Positions 52,672 to 64,000 of a DNA stretch of 64,000 bases are shown piece by piece (positions within the stretch are counted from its first letter, which is position 1; each line of letters starts with the position of its first letter). The stretch is taken from positions 27,600 through 91,599 of the forward strand of contig CBFGMM010000001.1 in assembly GCA_965649855.1 (NCBI GenBank), given 5' to 3'. This DNA is from an uncultured Thermomonas sp. (GTDB lineage: Bacteria > Pseudomonadota > Gammaproteobacteria > Xanthomonadales > Xanthomonadaceae). The position numbers and the translations under genes are program-made. Below the pieces are notes generated by a model. That model saw nothing but the letters and a program-made list of their open reading frames with translations. It was not told the DNA's origin and ran no database searches.

Positions 52672-52684
52672 CCCAGCAGGCGGC
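52663..52684. terminator. 8-bp hairpin bridging the convergent stop codons of the response regulator and cbpA
   Basis: GCCGCCTG-ACCCAG-CAGGCGGC. The left arm contains the TGA at 52669-52671. The right arm ends 3 nt before the cbpA stop (52687). Confidence 0.35.
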
Positions 52685-52686
52685 GG

Positions 52687-53598
52687 TCAGCCCCGCCGCC
52701 AGTCGTCGCCGAACGCATCGCGCATGGCCGCGTACGCCTGGCGCTGGGCGTCGGTATGCGCCCGTGGCGCCAGGATCTCCAGTTCCACGATCTGGTCGCC
52801 ATCCGCGCCCTGCGCGCCCCCGGGCAGGCCGCGCCCGCGCAGGCGCAACTTGCGGCCCGATTCGGAATCGGCCGGGATCTTGAGCTCCACCGCGCCGCCC
52901 AGGGTGGGGACGCTGAGGGTCGCGCCCAATGCGGCCTCCCATGGCGCCACCGGCAGCACGTGGATCACGTTGCGGCCGTCGACCTCGAACTGCGGGTGCG
53001 CCGCGTATTCGATCTCCAGCAGCAGGTCGGTGCCGCCCGTGCCCTGCTTCGCCAGCCGGATCGACTGGCCCGGGCGGATGCCCCTGGGCACGCGCAGGTC
53101 CAGCGAGCGGCCGTTCACCGCGATGCGCACGCTGCCGCCGGCGTACACCGACTCCAGCGGCACCGCGAGCTTGGCCCGGGTCGGGCCCGCCGGGCCGCGC
53201 GGACCCGCCTGCGGACCGCGCGCCCCGGGTCCGCCGCGACCGAACAGGCTCTCGAAGAAGTCGGAAAAGCCGCCGCCCGCGCCGCCGCCGGCGAAGATTT
53301 CCTCGAAGTCGACGTCCGGGCGGCCGCCGTGCCCGTGGTGGAACCCCCCGGGAGGCGGGCGGATCTCGTCGCCCGGGCGGTAGCCGCCGGCGCGCAGCTG
53401 GTCGTAGGCCTTGCGCTTGGCGGGGTCGCGCAGCGCCTCGTAGGCCTCGTTCACCGCCTTGAAGCGTTCCTCCGCGCCTGCCTCCTTGCTGACATCGGGG
53501 TGGTACTTGCGGGCCAGCCGGCGGTAGGCGGTCTTGATCTCCGCGTCGCCCGCGCTGGGCTCCACGCCGAGCGTCTCGTAGTAGTCCTTGAACTGCAT
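52687..53598 (-). CDS. cbpA: curved-DNA-binding DnaJ homologue CbpA
   Basis: [38 protein letters not shown] (J domain, HPD), a Gly-rich linker, no Cys-rich zinc finger, and DnaJ C-terminal domains. The start is set at the ATG at 53598. Confidence 0.85.
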   Translation of the reverse strand: MQFKDYYETLGVEPSAGDAEIKTAYRRLARKYHPDVSKEAGAEERFKAVNEAYEALRDPAKRKAYDQLRAGGYRPGDEIRPPPGGFHHGHGGRPDVDFEEIFAGGGAGGGFSDFFESLFGRGGPGARGPQAGPRGPAGPTRAKLAVPLESVYAGGSVRIAVNGRSLDLRVPRGIRPGQSIRLAKQGTGGTDLLLEIEYAAHPQFEVDGRNVIHVLPVAPWEAALGATLSVPTLGGAVELKIPADSESGRKLRLRGRGLPGGAQGADGDQIVELEILAPRAHTDAQRQAYAAMRDAFGDDWRRG

Positions 53599-53641
53599 GC
53601 TGGAATCCTGTCCGGGAAGGCGGGGCGTGACCGGAACGGCA

Positions 53642-53664
53642 GCGGCCCGCGATGCGCGGGCCGC
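53642..53664 (-). terminator. 10-bp perfect hairpin between hsp20 and cbpA
   Basis: GCGGCCCGCG-ATG-CGCGGGCCGC. There is no U-tract. It may be a partial terminator or a processing site. Confidence 0.35.
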
Positions 53665-53695
53665 AGTGTAACCGCCGACGCGGCACGGGCCGTGG

Positions 53696-54172
53696 TCAGG
53701 ACGCGCGCACCTCGCCGCCGACCGGGATCCGGCGCGGCGTGCTTTCCGGGCGCTTGGGAATGTGGATTTCCAGCACGCCATGCCGCCCGTGGGCGGTGAT
53801 GCCGTCGGGGTCGGCGCCGTCGGGCAGCGCGAAGCGGCGGTGGAAGCTGCCGTAGCGGCGCTCGATCCGGCTGAAGCGTTCGTTGGCGTCCTCGACCTCG
53901 GCGCGGCGCTCGCCCTTGATCGACAGGATGCCCTTGTCCATCAGGATCTCCACGTCGGACGGGTCGACGCCGGGCAGGTCGGCCAGGATCACGAAGCGGT
54001 TGGCGTCCTCGCGGATGTCGACCCGCGGGGTCCACTGGCTGGTGACGACCGACGAGCCGTCGGCCAGGTCGCTGCCCTGGAAGAAGCGCTCGAACACCTG
54101 GCGGAACTCGTCCTGCAGCGCGGGCGTGCCACCCCGGCGAGGCGACTGGCGGTTGGCGGGGATCTGGTTCAT
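53696..54172 (-). CDS. Hsp20/alpha-crystallin small heat-shock protein
   Basis: [43 protein letters not shown]...[11 protein letters not shown]...GVLEIHIPK. An AAGGAG SD lies 8 nt before the ATG at 54172. Confidence 0.9.
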   Translation of the reverse strand: MNQIPANRQSPRRGGTPALQDEFRQVFERFFQGSDLADGSSVVTSQWTPRVDIREDANRFVILADLPGVDPSDVEILMDKGILSIKGERRAEVEDANERFSRIERRYGSFHRRFALPDGADPDGITAHGRHGVLEIHIPKRPESTPRRIPVGGEVRAS

Positions 54173-54217
54173 GGCATGGTCTCCTTGTTGCGCGGCCTGC
54201 ACGGCCGGATAGCCGCC

Positions 54218-54247
54218 ACGTGCGGTCTGCCTCGCGCGGCTTCAAGG
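54218..54247 (-). promoter_or_regulatory. sigma32-like promoter (CCTTGAA-N15-CCGCACGT) upstream of hsp20
   Basis: The reverse strand has CCTTGAA (54247-54241) and CCGCACGT (54225-54218), compared with the consensus CTTGAA-N13-17-CCCCATnT. The -10 part is only a partial match. Confidence 0.3.
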
Positions 54248-54313
54248 TGTTGAATTCGCGCGCTGCAAGCCCCAAAACGTGACGTTCGGCCTTTCATCCA
54301 GCGAGGAGTGCAC

Positions 54314-54796
54314 ATGACCATCCAGGCGGGCGACCGCATCCCCGAAGCGGTCCTGCAGTACATCGACGACGGCGTGCAGCGCGTCGACACGGGCACCCTG
54401 TTCGAAGGCCGCAAGATGGTCCTGTTCGCGGTGCCGGGCGCCTTCACCCCCACCTGCTCCGAGCGGCACCTGCCGGGCTTCGTGGAACAGTACGAGGAGT
54501 TCGCCAGGCGCGGCATCGGCGTGGCCTGCATGGCGGTCAACGACCCGTTCGTGATGCAGGCCTGGGGCGAGTCCCAGCACGTGCCGGGCGGCCTGCGCAT
54601 GCTGGCCGACGGCAACGGGGAGTTCGCCCGCGCGCTGGGGCTGGAGATGGACGCCAGCGGCTATGGCATGGGCACGCGCAGCAAGCGCTTCGCGCTGTAC
54701 GCGGAGGACGGCGTGGCCAAGGCGGTGTTCGTGGAGTCGCCCGGCGAGTTCCGCGTCTCCTCGGCGGAGCACGTGCTGGCCAACCTGCCCGCCTGA
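54314..54796 (+). CDS. peroxiredoxin, Prx5/PrxD subfamily
   Basis: MTIQAGDRIPEA..., VLFAVPGAFTPTCSERHLPGF (peroxidatic Cys). A GAGGAG SD lies 5 nt before the ATG at 54314. The GTG at 54308 in the track is inside the SD. Confidence 0.9.
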   Translation: MTIQAGDRIPEAVLQYIDDGVQRVDTGTLFEGRKMVLFAVPGAFTPTCSERHLPGFVEQYEEFARRGIGVACMAVNDPFVMQAWGESQHVPGGLRMLADGNGEFARALGLEMDASGYGMGTRSKRFALYAEDGVAKAVFVESPGEFRVSSAEHVLANLPA

Positions 54797-54813
54797 CCAC
54801 CGCGGCGGCGCAA

Positions 54814-54845
54814 CGAAACAGGCGGCCACCCGGCCGCCTGTTTCG
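54814..54845. terminator. bidirectional rho-independent terminator between prx and gyrA
   Basis: CGAAACAGGCGGCC-ACCC-GGCCGCCTGTTTCG is a perfect 14-bp stem, with A/T runs inside the stem ends on both strands. Confidence 0.75.
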
Positions 54846-54863
54846 TGTCACGCCGCTGTGCGA

Positions 54864-57470
54864 TCAGGCCTCCGGGGGTGCCGGCTGCACGCTGGCCACC
54901 GCGTCGGATGCAGGCTCCGTTTCGGCGTCGAGCGACGCGTCCAGGCGTTCGATCGCCTGCAGGGTCTCGTCCGCCGCCAGCCGCATCAGGGTCACGCCCT
55001 GCGTGTTGCGACCCACCTGCGCGATCTGCGCGGCCGGCGTGCGCACCAGGGTGCCGCCATCGGAGATCAGCAGCACGTCGTGGTGGTCGGACAGCTGGAT
55101 CGCGCCCACCAGCGCGCCGTTGCGCTCGCTGGTCTTGATCGCCAGCACGCCCTGGGTGCCGCGGCCCTTCTTCGGGTAGTCGGCCACCGGGGTGCGCTTG
55201 CCGTAGCCGCGCGCGCTGGCGGTCAGGATGTCGCCCTCGCCCTCCAGCGCGACCAGGCTGACCACCTGCTCGCCGTCGGCCAGGCGCATGCCGCGCACGC
55301 CCGTCGCGGTGCGGCCCATCGAGCGCACCGCGCCTTCGTCGAAGCGCACCGCCTTGCCGTTGCTGGCGAACAGCATGATGTCGGCGCGCCCATCGGTCAG
55401 CGCGGCGCCCACCAGCGCGTCGCCCTCGTCCAGGCTGATGGCGATCTTGCCGCGCGCCAGGCGGAACGCGAACTCGCTCAGCGGCGTCTTCTTCACCGTG
55501 CCCGCGCGGGTGGCGAAGAACACGAAGTGCGCGTCGTCGTACTCGCGTACCGGCAGCACCGCCTGCACCTTCTCGCCCTCGGTCAGCGGGATCCAGTTGA
55601 TGATCGGGCGGCCGCGCGCGTTCGGACCCGCGTCCGGCAGCTGGTGAACCGGCAGCCAGAACACCCGCCCGGCGCTGGTGAAGGTCAGCAGGGTGTCGTG
55701 GGTGTTGACCAGCCACAGCTGGTCGATGAAGTCCTCGTCCTTGGTCGCCGCCGCGTTGCGGCCCTTGCCCCCGCGGCGTTGCGCGCGGTAGGTGGTGGCC
55801 GGCTGGCGCTTGGCGTAGCCGGCGTGGCTGAGCGTGACCACGACGTCCTCCGGCGCGATCAGGTCGAGGATGTCCAGGTCCTCTTCGCTGGCGCGGATCT
55901 CGCTGCGGCGCGCGTCGCCGAATTCTTCCTTGACGTTGCGCAGCTCCGTGCGGATCACGTCCAGCAGCACGTCCGGGTCCTCGAGGATCTCGATCAGGCC
56001 GCGGATGGTTTCCAGCAGCAACCGGTATTCCTCGGTCAGCTTCTCCTGCTCCAGCCCGGTCAGGCGGTGCAGGCGCATCTCCAGGATCTGGCTGGCCTGG
56101 ACCTCGGTCAGCTGGTACATGCTGCCCAGCGGGCCGCCCTCGACCAGCCCCACGCCCGCCGGCAGGTCCTCGGGACGCGAGGCGTCGCTGCCCGACGCCG
56201 CCAGCAGTGCGCCGACCAGTCCCGGCTGCCAGGTCCGGGCCAGCATGCGTTCGCGCGCCTCGTTCGGGTTCGCCGAGGTCTTGATCAGCTCGATCATCTC
56301 GTCGATGTTGGCCAGCGCGACGGTCAGGCCCTCGAGGATGTGCGCGCGGGCGCGCGCCTTGCGCAGCTCGAAGATGGTCCGGCGGGTCACCACCTCGCGG
56401 CGGTGGCGCACGAAGGCCTGCAGGATCTGCTTGAGGTTCAGCAGCTGCGGGCGCCCGTCGACCAGCGCCACCATGTTGATGCCGAACACCGATTCCATCT
56501 GGGTCTGCTGGTAGAGGTTGTTGAGCACCACCTCCGCCGACTCGCCGCGCTTGACCTCGATGTAGATGCGCATGCCGTCCTTGTCGGACTCGTCGCGCAG
56601 CTCGCTGATGCCCTCGAGCTTCTTCTCCTTCACCAGCTCGGCGATCTTCTCGATCAGCCGCGCCTTGTTGACCTGGTAGGGGATCTCGGTGACCGCGATC
56701 GCCTCGCGGCCGTTGTCGGCCACCTCGATCTCGGCGCGCGCGCGCATGCGCACCCGGCCGCGGCCGGTGCGGTACGCAAGGTGGATGCCGCCCACGCCGT
56801 TGATGATGCCGGCGGTGGGGAAATCGGGGCCGGGGATGTGCTCCATCAGGCCTTCGATCTCGATCTCCGGATCGTCGATCAGCGCCAGCAACGCATCCAC
56901 CACCTCGCCCATGTTGTGCGGCGGGATGTTCGTGGCCATGCCCACCGCGATGCCGGCGGAGCCGTTGACCAGCAGGTTGGGGAACCGGGTCGGCATGACC
57001 GTGGGTTCCAGTTCCTTCTCGTCGTAGTTGGGCTGGAAGTCGACGGTCTCCTTGTCGATGTCCGCCATCAGCTCGTGGGTGAGCCGCGACATGCGCGCCT
57101 CGGTGTAGCGCATCGCCGCGGCGCTGTCGCCGTCCACCGAGCCGAAGTTGCCCTGCCCGTCCACCAGCAGGTAGCGCAGCGAGAACGGCTGGGCCATGCG
57201 CACCAGGGTGTCGTACACCGACTGGTCGCCGTGCGGGTGGTACTTGCCGATCACGTCGCCGACGATGCGCGCCGACTTGTAGTACGGCTTGTTGCTGTGC
57301 GCGCCCAGTTCGTTCATGGCGAACAGCACGCGCCGGTGGACCGGCTTGAGGCCGTCCCGGACGTCCGGGAGCGCGCGCCCCACGATCACGCTCATGGCGT
57401 AATCGAGGTAGCTGCGGCGCATCTCGTCTTCCAGGTTGACGGGGATGATTTCCTTGGCGAGCTCGGCCAT
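54864..57470 (-). CDS. gyrA: DNA gyrase subunit A
   Basis: [52 protein letters not shown]...[19 protein letters not shown] (QRDR region). 868 aa. Confidence 0.96.
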   Translation of the reverse strand: MAELAKEIIPVNLEDEMRRSYLDYAMSVIVGRALPDVRDGLKPVHRRVLFAMNELGAHSNKPYYKSARIVGDVIGKYHPHGDQSVYDTLVRMAQPFSLRYLLVDGQGNFGSVDGDSAAAMRYTEARMSRLTHELMADIDKETVDFQPNYDEKELEPTVMPTRFPNLLVNGSAGIAVGMATNIPPHNMGEVVDALLALIDDPEIEIEGLMEHIPGPDFPTAGIINGVGGIHLAYRTGRGRVRMRARAEIEVADNGREAIAVTEIPYQVNKARLIEKIAELVKEKKLEGISELRDESDKDGMRIYIEVKRGESAEVVLNNLYQQTQMESVFGINMVALVDGRPQLLNLKQILQAFVRHRREVVTRRTIFELRKARARAHILEGLTVALANIDEMIELIKTSANPNEARERMLARTWQPGLVGALLAASGSDASRPEDLPAGVGLVEGGPLGSMYQLTEVQASQILEMRLHRLTGLEQEKLTEEYRLLLETIRGLIEILEDPDVLLDVIRTELRNVKEEFGDARRSEIRASEEDLDILDLIAPEDVVVTLSHAGYAKRQPATTYRAQRRGGKGRNAAATKDEDFIDQLWLVNTHDTLLTFTSAGRVFWLPVHQLPDAGPNARGRPIINWIPLTEGEKVQAVLPVREYDDAHFVFFATRAGTVKKTPLSEFAFRLARGKIAISLDEGDALVGAALTDGRADIMLFASNGKAVRFDEGAVRSMGRTATGVRGMRLADGEQVVSLVALEGEGDILTASARGYGKRTPVADYPKKGRGTQGVLAIKTSERNGALVGAIQLSDHHDVLLISDGGTLVRTPAAQIAQVGRNTQGVTLMRLAADETLQAIERLDASLDAETEPASDAVASVQPAPPEA

Positions 57471-57564
57471 CAGGTGTCCGTTCCGGTGCGATCGTCGGTG
57501 CCCGCGAAGGCGCCCCGCGGGACAGTCCGCGGCGCGCGTTTCGAGGGGGGTTCTGCAACACGAA

Positions 57565-57573
57565 ATTGTACCA
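57565..57573 (-). promoter_or_regulatory. extended -10 promoter element TGgTACAAT upstream of gyrA (about 88 nt leader)
   Basis: The reverse strand reads gtcgaTGGTACAATttcg. There is no recognisable -35. Confidence 0.4.
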
Positions 57574-57760
57574 TCGACTGCCGTCGCGGACGCCGCCGAT
57601 TCCAATCGGGAAACAAGGACTTACGCGATTTTCCCGGCGCCGTCCCCGGCGTGGGGCGTGCCGGCCCGCGCAAGGCGCCGGAAACCGTCAAGGCCGCGGC
57701 GCACCCCTGTCTCCCTCGGGGTCACCGGCACCCCGGATGGGGCGCGCCGCGCGCGCCGGT

Positions 57761-58819
57761 TCAGCCGGCGAACAATGCCGCCATCGACGCCGCGTCCGGC
57801 CGTTCCACCACCCCGCGCTCGGTGACGATGGCATCGATGAGGGTGTGCGGGGTCACGTCGAACACCGGGTTCCAGGCGCGCACCCCGTCCGCCACCGTGC
57901 GCTCGCCACGGAACGCGAGCAGCTCCACGGGGTCGCGCTCCTCGATCTCGATCGCATCGCCCGAGGGCGTGGCCATGTCCACCGTGGACGAGGGCGCGGC
58001 GACCATGAACCCCACCCCGTGGTGGCGCGCGGCGATCGCCAGCTGGTAGGTGCCGATCTTGTTGGCGGTGTCGCCGTTCGCGCAGATGCGGTCCGCGCCC
58101 ACGACCACCCACTGCACGCGCCCGGACTTCATCAGGTGCGACGCGGCGGCGTCGGCGACCAGGGTGGCATCGATGCCGTCCTGCTGCAGGTCCCAGACGG
58201 TGAGGCGCGCGCCCTGGTTCCACGGCCGGGTCTCGCCAGCGAACACCTGCGCGATGCGGCCGCCGGCCACGCCCGCGCGGATCACGCCCAGCGCGGTGCC
58301 GAAGCCCGCGGTGGCCAGCGAGCCCGTGTTGCAATGGGTCAGCACGCCGCTGCCCGGCGCGATCAGGGCGGCGCCGAGCGCGCCCATGCGGCGGTTGGCG
58401 GCCAGGTCCTCGGCCTCGATCGCGCGCGCCTCGCGCTCCAGCACCGCGCGCCAGTCGGGGCCGGCATCGGCCAGGGCGCGCCGCATCCGCGCCAGCGCCC
58501 AGGCCAGGTTGACCGCGGTGGGGCGCGCCGCGTTCAGCCGGTCCATCGCGGGTTCCAGCTTGCGCGCCGCCTCGGCGCCATCCGGCGCGTCCACCGCCTG
58601 CGCGGCGAGGACCACGCCCCATGCCGCGGCGATGCCGATCGCGGGCGCGCCGCGCACGGTCAGCGCGTGGATCGCGGCGGCGACCTCGTCGCTGGAGCGG
58701 CACTGCGCGTAGTCGGTCGTAAACGGCAGGGTGCGCTGGTCCAGGAGTTCCAGCGCATCGCCGGTCCAGCGGATCGGGCGGATGCGGTCGTAGCGGTCGA
58801 AATCGAAATCGGCGTCCAT
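57761..58819 (-). CDS. mtnA: S-methyl-5-thioribose-1-phosphate isomerase
   Basis: 352 aa with [53 protein letters not shown]. Confidence 0.9.
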   Translation of the reverse strand: MDADFDFDRYDRIRPIRWTGDALELLDQRTLPFTTDYAQCRSSDEVAAAIHALTVRGAPAIGIAAAWGVVLAAQAVDAPDGAEAARKLEPAMDRLNAARPTAVNLAWALARMRRALADAGPDWRAVLEREARAIEAEDLAANRRMGALGAALIAPGSGVLTHCNTGSLATAGFGTALGVIRAGVAGGRIAQVFAGETRPWNQGARLTVWDLQQDGIDATLVADAAASHLMKSGRVQWVVVGADRICANGDTANKIGTYQLAIAARHHGVGFMVAAPSSTVDMATPSGDAIEIEERDPVELLAFRGERTVADGVRAWNPVFDVTPHTLIDAIVTERGVVERPDAASMAALFAG

Positions 58820-58825
58820 GCCGCG

Positions 58826-58831
58826 ATTATC
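58826..58831 (-). promoter_or_regulatory. -10 element GATAAT located 6 nt upstream of the mtnA ATG (predicted leaderless start)
   Basis: The reverse strand reads cggGGATAATcgcggcATG, with no SD. Confidence 0.45.
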
Positions 58832-58868
58832 CCCGATCCCCGGGGCCGCATCGCCTGGCCTGGCAGGC

Positions 58869-58892
58869 GACCGGCACCCCGCGGTGCCGGTC
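58869..58892 (-). terminator. 10-bp perfect hairpin after the DUF3011 gene
   Basis: GACCGGCACC-CCGC-GGTGCCGGTC lies 27 nt downstream of the stop at 58919. There is no clear U-tract on the transcribed strand. Confidence 0.35.
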
Positions 58893-58918
58893 GTGCCATT
58901 TCGGCTGGCCGTGCCAGA

Positions 58919-59695
58919 TCAGTAGGAGCGGAACTCGGCCCGGCAGCCGTCGGCTACCCATACCCCGTTGCGGCTGTAACCCCAGGTACGTCCCTGCACG
59001 CACGGCGCGCTGGAGAGCTGGCGCACGAGCTGCACGCCGCCACGCAGGTTGGCGGCGCACTCGCGCGGCCTGCGGTCGTTGGATTCGCAGCGGAACAGCT
59101 GGCCGCCGTACCCGTAGCCGGGATCGCCAGACCCGTAGCCCGGCGCCCCGCCCCAGCCGCCGCCGCGCACCACGCTGAACTCCGCGCGGCAGCCGTTGCT
59201 CACCCACACGCCACCGCGGTCCCGGCCCCAGCTACGTCCCTCGATGCAGGCGGCGCGCGAGAGCTGCCGGGTGAGCATCACCTGCCCGCGGCCATTGACG
59301 GCGCAAAACCGCGGCCGGCTGTCGTTGGATTCGCAGCGGAAGCTGTTGCCGTAGGCATTGCCGTACGGGGCGCCCGGATAGCCGTAGTCGCCGCCAGCCT
59401 GGCCGCCGCCGTAGCCCAGCACGCGGAAGTCCGCGCGACAGCCCTGCGAGACCCAGACCCCGCCACGCGACTGGCCCCAGGTGCGGCCCTCGATGCAGGC
59501 GGCGCGCGAATGCTGGCGCTCGAGCACCACGCGTCCGCCACCGGTCGCGCACTCGCGGGGCCGGCTGTCGTTGGACTCGCAGCGCACCACCTGACCACCC
59601 TGGTAGCCGTAATCGCCCCCGTAGTACTGGGCGGCTGCGGGCATCGCCGCGCACGCGGCCACGATCGAAGCTGCACTGGCAAGCAGGACGCGCAT
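58919..59695 (-). CDS. secreted Cys-rich protein with three DUF3011-like modules
   Basis: It has a signal peptide (MRVLLASAASIVAACAAMPAAA-Q). The module RCESNDxRPRxC...RQxSxAxCxxGRxWGxxRxGVWVxxGCRAxF occurs three times. An AAGGAG SD precedes the ATG at 59695. Confidence 0.75.
   Translation of the reverse strand: MRVLLASAASIVAACAAMPAAAQYYGGDYGYQGGQVVRCESNDSRPRECATGGGRVVLERQHSRAACIEGRTWGQSRGGVWVSQGCRADFRVLGYGGGQAGGDYGYPGAPYGNAYGNSFRCESNDSRPRFCAVNGRGQVMLTRQLSRAACIEGRSWGRDRGGVWVSNGCRAEFSVVRGGGWGGAPGYGSGDPGYGYGGQLFRCESNDRRPRECAANLRGGVQLVRQLSSAPCVQGRTWGYSRNGVWVADGCRAEFRSY
58928..59584 (-). repeat. three in-frame coding repeats with an 82-codon (246 nt) period inside the DUF3011 gene
   Basis: The modules lie at about 59584-59420, 59338-59174 and 59092-58928, separated by Gly/Tyr-rich linkers. 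Confidence 0.7.
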
Positions 59696-59828
59696 GGTGG
59701 TCTCCTTTCTTCGCTGCCGGCCCGCTGCGGGCCCGCTCACGGTGCCTACTCTTGGGCACGCAGAATTAACCGAAGGCAAAGGAATCCGAAGCGCGCAGCG
59801 GGCGGATAGCGCGCATTCAGCCCACTAC

Positions 59829-63226
<3,398 letters not shown>

Positions 63227-63943
63227 TCACCAGCGCGTGGCCTTGCCCAGCGGCGGGGCCTGGTGCTGGCGGTCGTAGGCGCGCAGTTCGTCGCGGATGT
63301 GCTGGATGCGCTGGCGCCCCAGCGCGTTGCGCTCCTCGTCCAGGACCACGCCATCCAGGAGTTCGGACATCCGCTGCGCGGCGGGCAGCATCGTGTCCCA
63401 GGCATCCAGCGCCGGGATCGGGGCCGGCAGGGTGAGGAAGAACGCGATCGCGGGCGTTTCCACCTCGTGGATCCGCGCCATCTCGAAACTGCCGGGCTTG
63501 ATGATGTTGGCCACGCTGAAGATCGGCCCCGCCTCCGGCCGCCCGTCCACCAGCCGGTGGAAGACGTCCATGTGGCCGAAGGTGAGACCGGCCTTCTCGG
63601 CCGCCACCATGATGTCCGCGCCGCGCAGCGCCTGCCCCGCCTTGGCGGCCACGTACAGCGACACGATGCGGTCGAACTGGTCGGACACGCGCCGGCCCAG
63701 TTCCGAGGCCGCGGGCCCGCCCTGCAGCGGCAACTCGTCCTGCTGCATGGGCGGCTGGCCCCAGCTGTCGGCCAGTTGCTCGCCCAGCGAGGGCTCGCGG
63801 CGAGACTCCGCGCCAGGATCGGCGTCGCGCGGCACGCGGCGCCCCTGCCCGGCCTTGCGGCTGCGCCCGAAGAAGATGATGGCGCCGAGCAGCAGCGAGA
63901 CCGCCACCGCGATGCCGATCCTGAGCAGGGTCATGTCCGACAT
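63227..63943 (-). CDS. zipA: cell division protein ZipA
   Basis: It has an N-terminal TM (LLRIGIAVAVSLLLGAIIFFG), a charged linker and a C-terminal FtsZ-binding domain (...FSVANIIKPGSF...). An AAGGAGG SD is present. It sits in the classical smc-zipA-ligA position. Confidence 0.8.
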   Translation of the reverse strand: MSDMTLLRIGIAVAVSLLLGAIIFFGRSRKAGQGRRVPRDADPGAESRREPSLGEQLADSWGQPPMQQDELPLQGGPAASELGRRVSDQFDRIVSLYVAAKAGQALRGADIMVAAEKAGLTFGHMDVFHRLVDGRPEAGPIFSVANIIKPGSFEMARIHEVETPAIAFFLTLPAPIPALDAWDTMLPAAQRMSELLDGVVLDEERNALGRQRIQHIRDELRAYDRQHQAPPLGKATRW

Positions 63944-63966
63944 CGGTGTCCTCCTTGCATGCTGTT

Positions 63967-64000
63967 TCAGGCCGCGCCGGCCAGGCGTGCGGCTTCGGCC
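63967..64000 (-). CDS. 3' end of an upstream CDS, probably smc (only 10 codons visible)
   Basis: The reverse strand reads ...AEAARLAGAA-stop, ending at the TGA (63969-63967). The assignment rests solely on conserved smc-zipA-ligA synteny. Confidence 0.25.
   Translation of the reverse strand, partial: AEAARLAGAA

Noticed and set aside
54169-54177. A two-codon uORF (ATG-CCA-TGA) overlapping the hsp20 start codon, and a possible ROSE-type RNA thermometer in the hsp20 leader.
   Set aside because: The upstream ATG is only 3 nt from the AAGGAG SD, too close to be used, whereas the main ATG is at the optimal 8 nt. I could not find an anti-SD (UCCU/CUCCU) segment able to pair with the SD in the short leader, so there is no support for a thermometer.
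54663-58049. A 1128-aa plus-strand ORF opposite gyrA, the gyrA leader and part of mtnA.
   Set aside because: It is a shadow ORF of the same kind, antisense to a highly conserved gene, with no domain signature.
58826-58834. A TTATCCCCG-like string (plus strand) resembling a DnaA box, TTATCCACA.
   Set aside because: It is a single 7 of 9 match with no cluster of boxes or AT-rich unwinding element. It is better explained as the -10 (GATAAT on the other strand) of mtnA.

Overview
This is 64 kb of very GC-rich gammaproteobacterial chromosome. Gene content and order suggest Xanthomonadaceae/Lysobacteraceae core genome, but that taxonomic call is inference. The supporting landmarks are smc-zipA-ligA-epmA, gyrA, sucA-sucB-lpdA, a split metH behind an ArsR/methyltransferase regulator, the large NAD-specific GDH, and tandem Mip-type FKBPs.

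I can support about 56 protein-coding genes, with almost no non-coding space and many 1-4 nt start/stop overlaps. I found no rRNA, tRNA, CRISPR array, IS element, integrase or prophage remnant, so this reads as ordinary housekeeping DNA rather than an accessory island. I did not find a convincing new multi-gene system of the defence-island kind.

Main functional blocks:
- A translationally coupled kynurenine/3-hydroxyanthranilate operon (5599-12326) with an embedded beta-carbonic anhydrase.
- sbcB.
- A minus-strand string: acyl-CoA dehydrogenase, gdhB, nadK, a CHASE-GGDEF-EAL protein and a 5'-nucleotidase.
- sahR-like regulator plus split metH.
- ugd, slyX and a DUF2058 gene.
- Two FKBP isomerases and gpx.
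- A six-gene YtrA-GntR/ABC/DUF2884 operon.
- fumC, then purB with a JmjC cupin and a GNAT.
- The 2-oxoglutarate dehydrogenase complex.
- LOG with acuI, and an orphan response regulator.
- hsp20 with cbpA, and prx.
- gyrA, mtnA, a DUF3011 gene, and epmA-ligA-zipA.

Observations most worth a second look:
1. Nine operon-leading genes carry a -10-like hexamer exactly 6-7 nt upstream of the ATG and have no Shine-Dalgarno, which predicts leaderless mRNAs.
2. The uncharacterised operon at 35504-39641 (small exported protein, YtrA-type GntR, ABC ATPase, ABC-2 permease, two DUF2884 paralogs) has a palindrome over its -10 element.
3. The kynurenine operon has an embedded carbonic anhydrase and is preceded by an SDR that lacks the YxxxK motif.
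4. A 25-bp GTAG-type REP pair lies after lpdA.

All product calls rest on my recognition of translated motifs. No database search was run.
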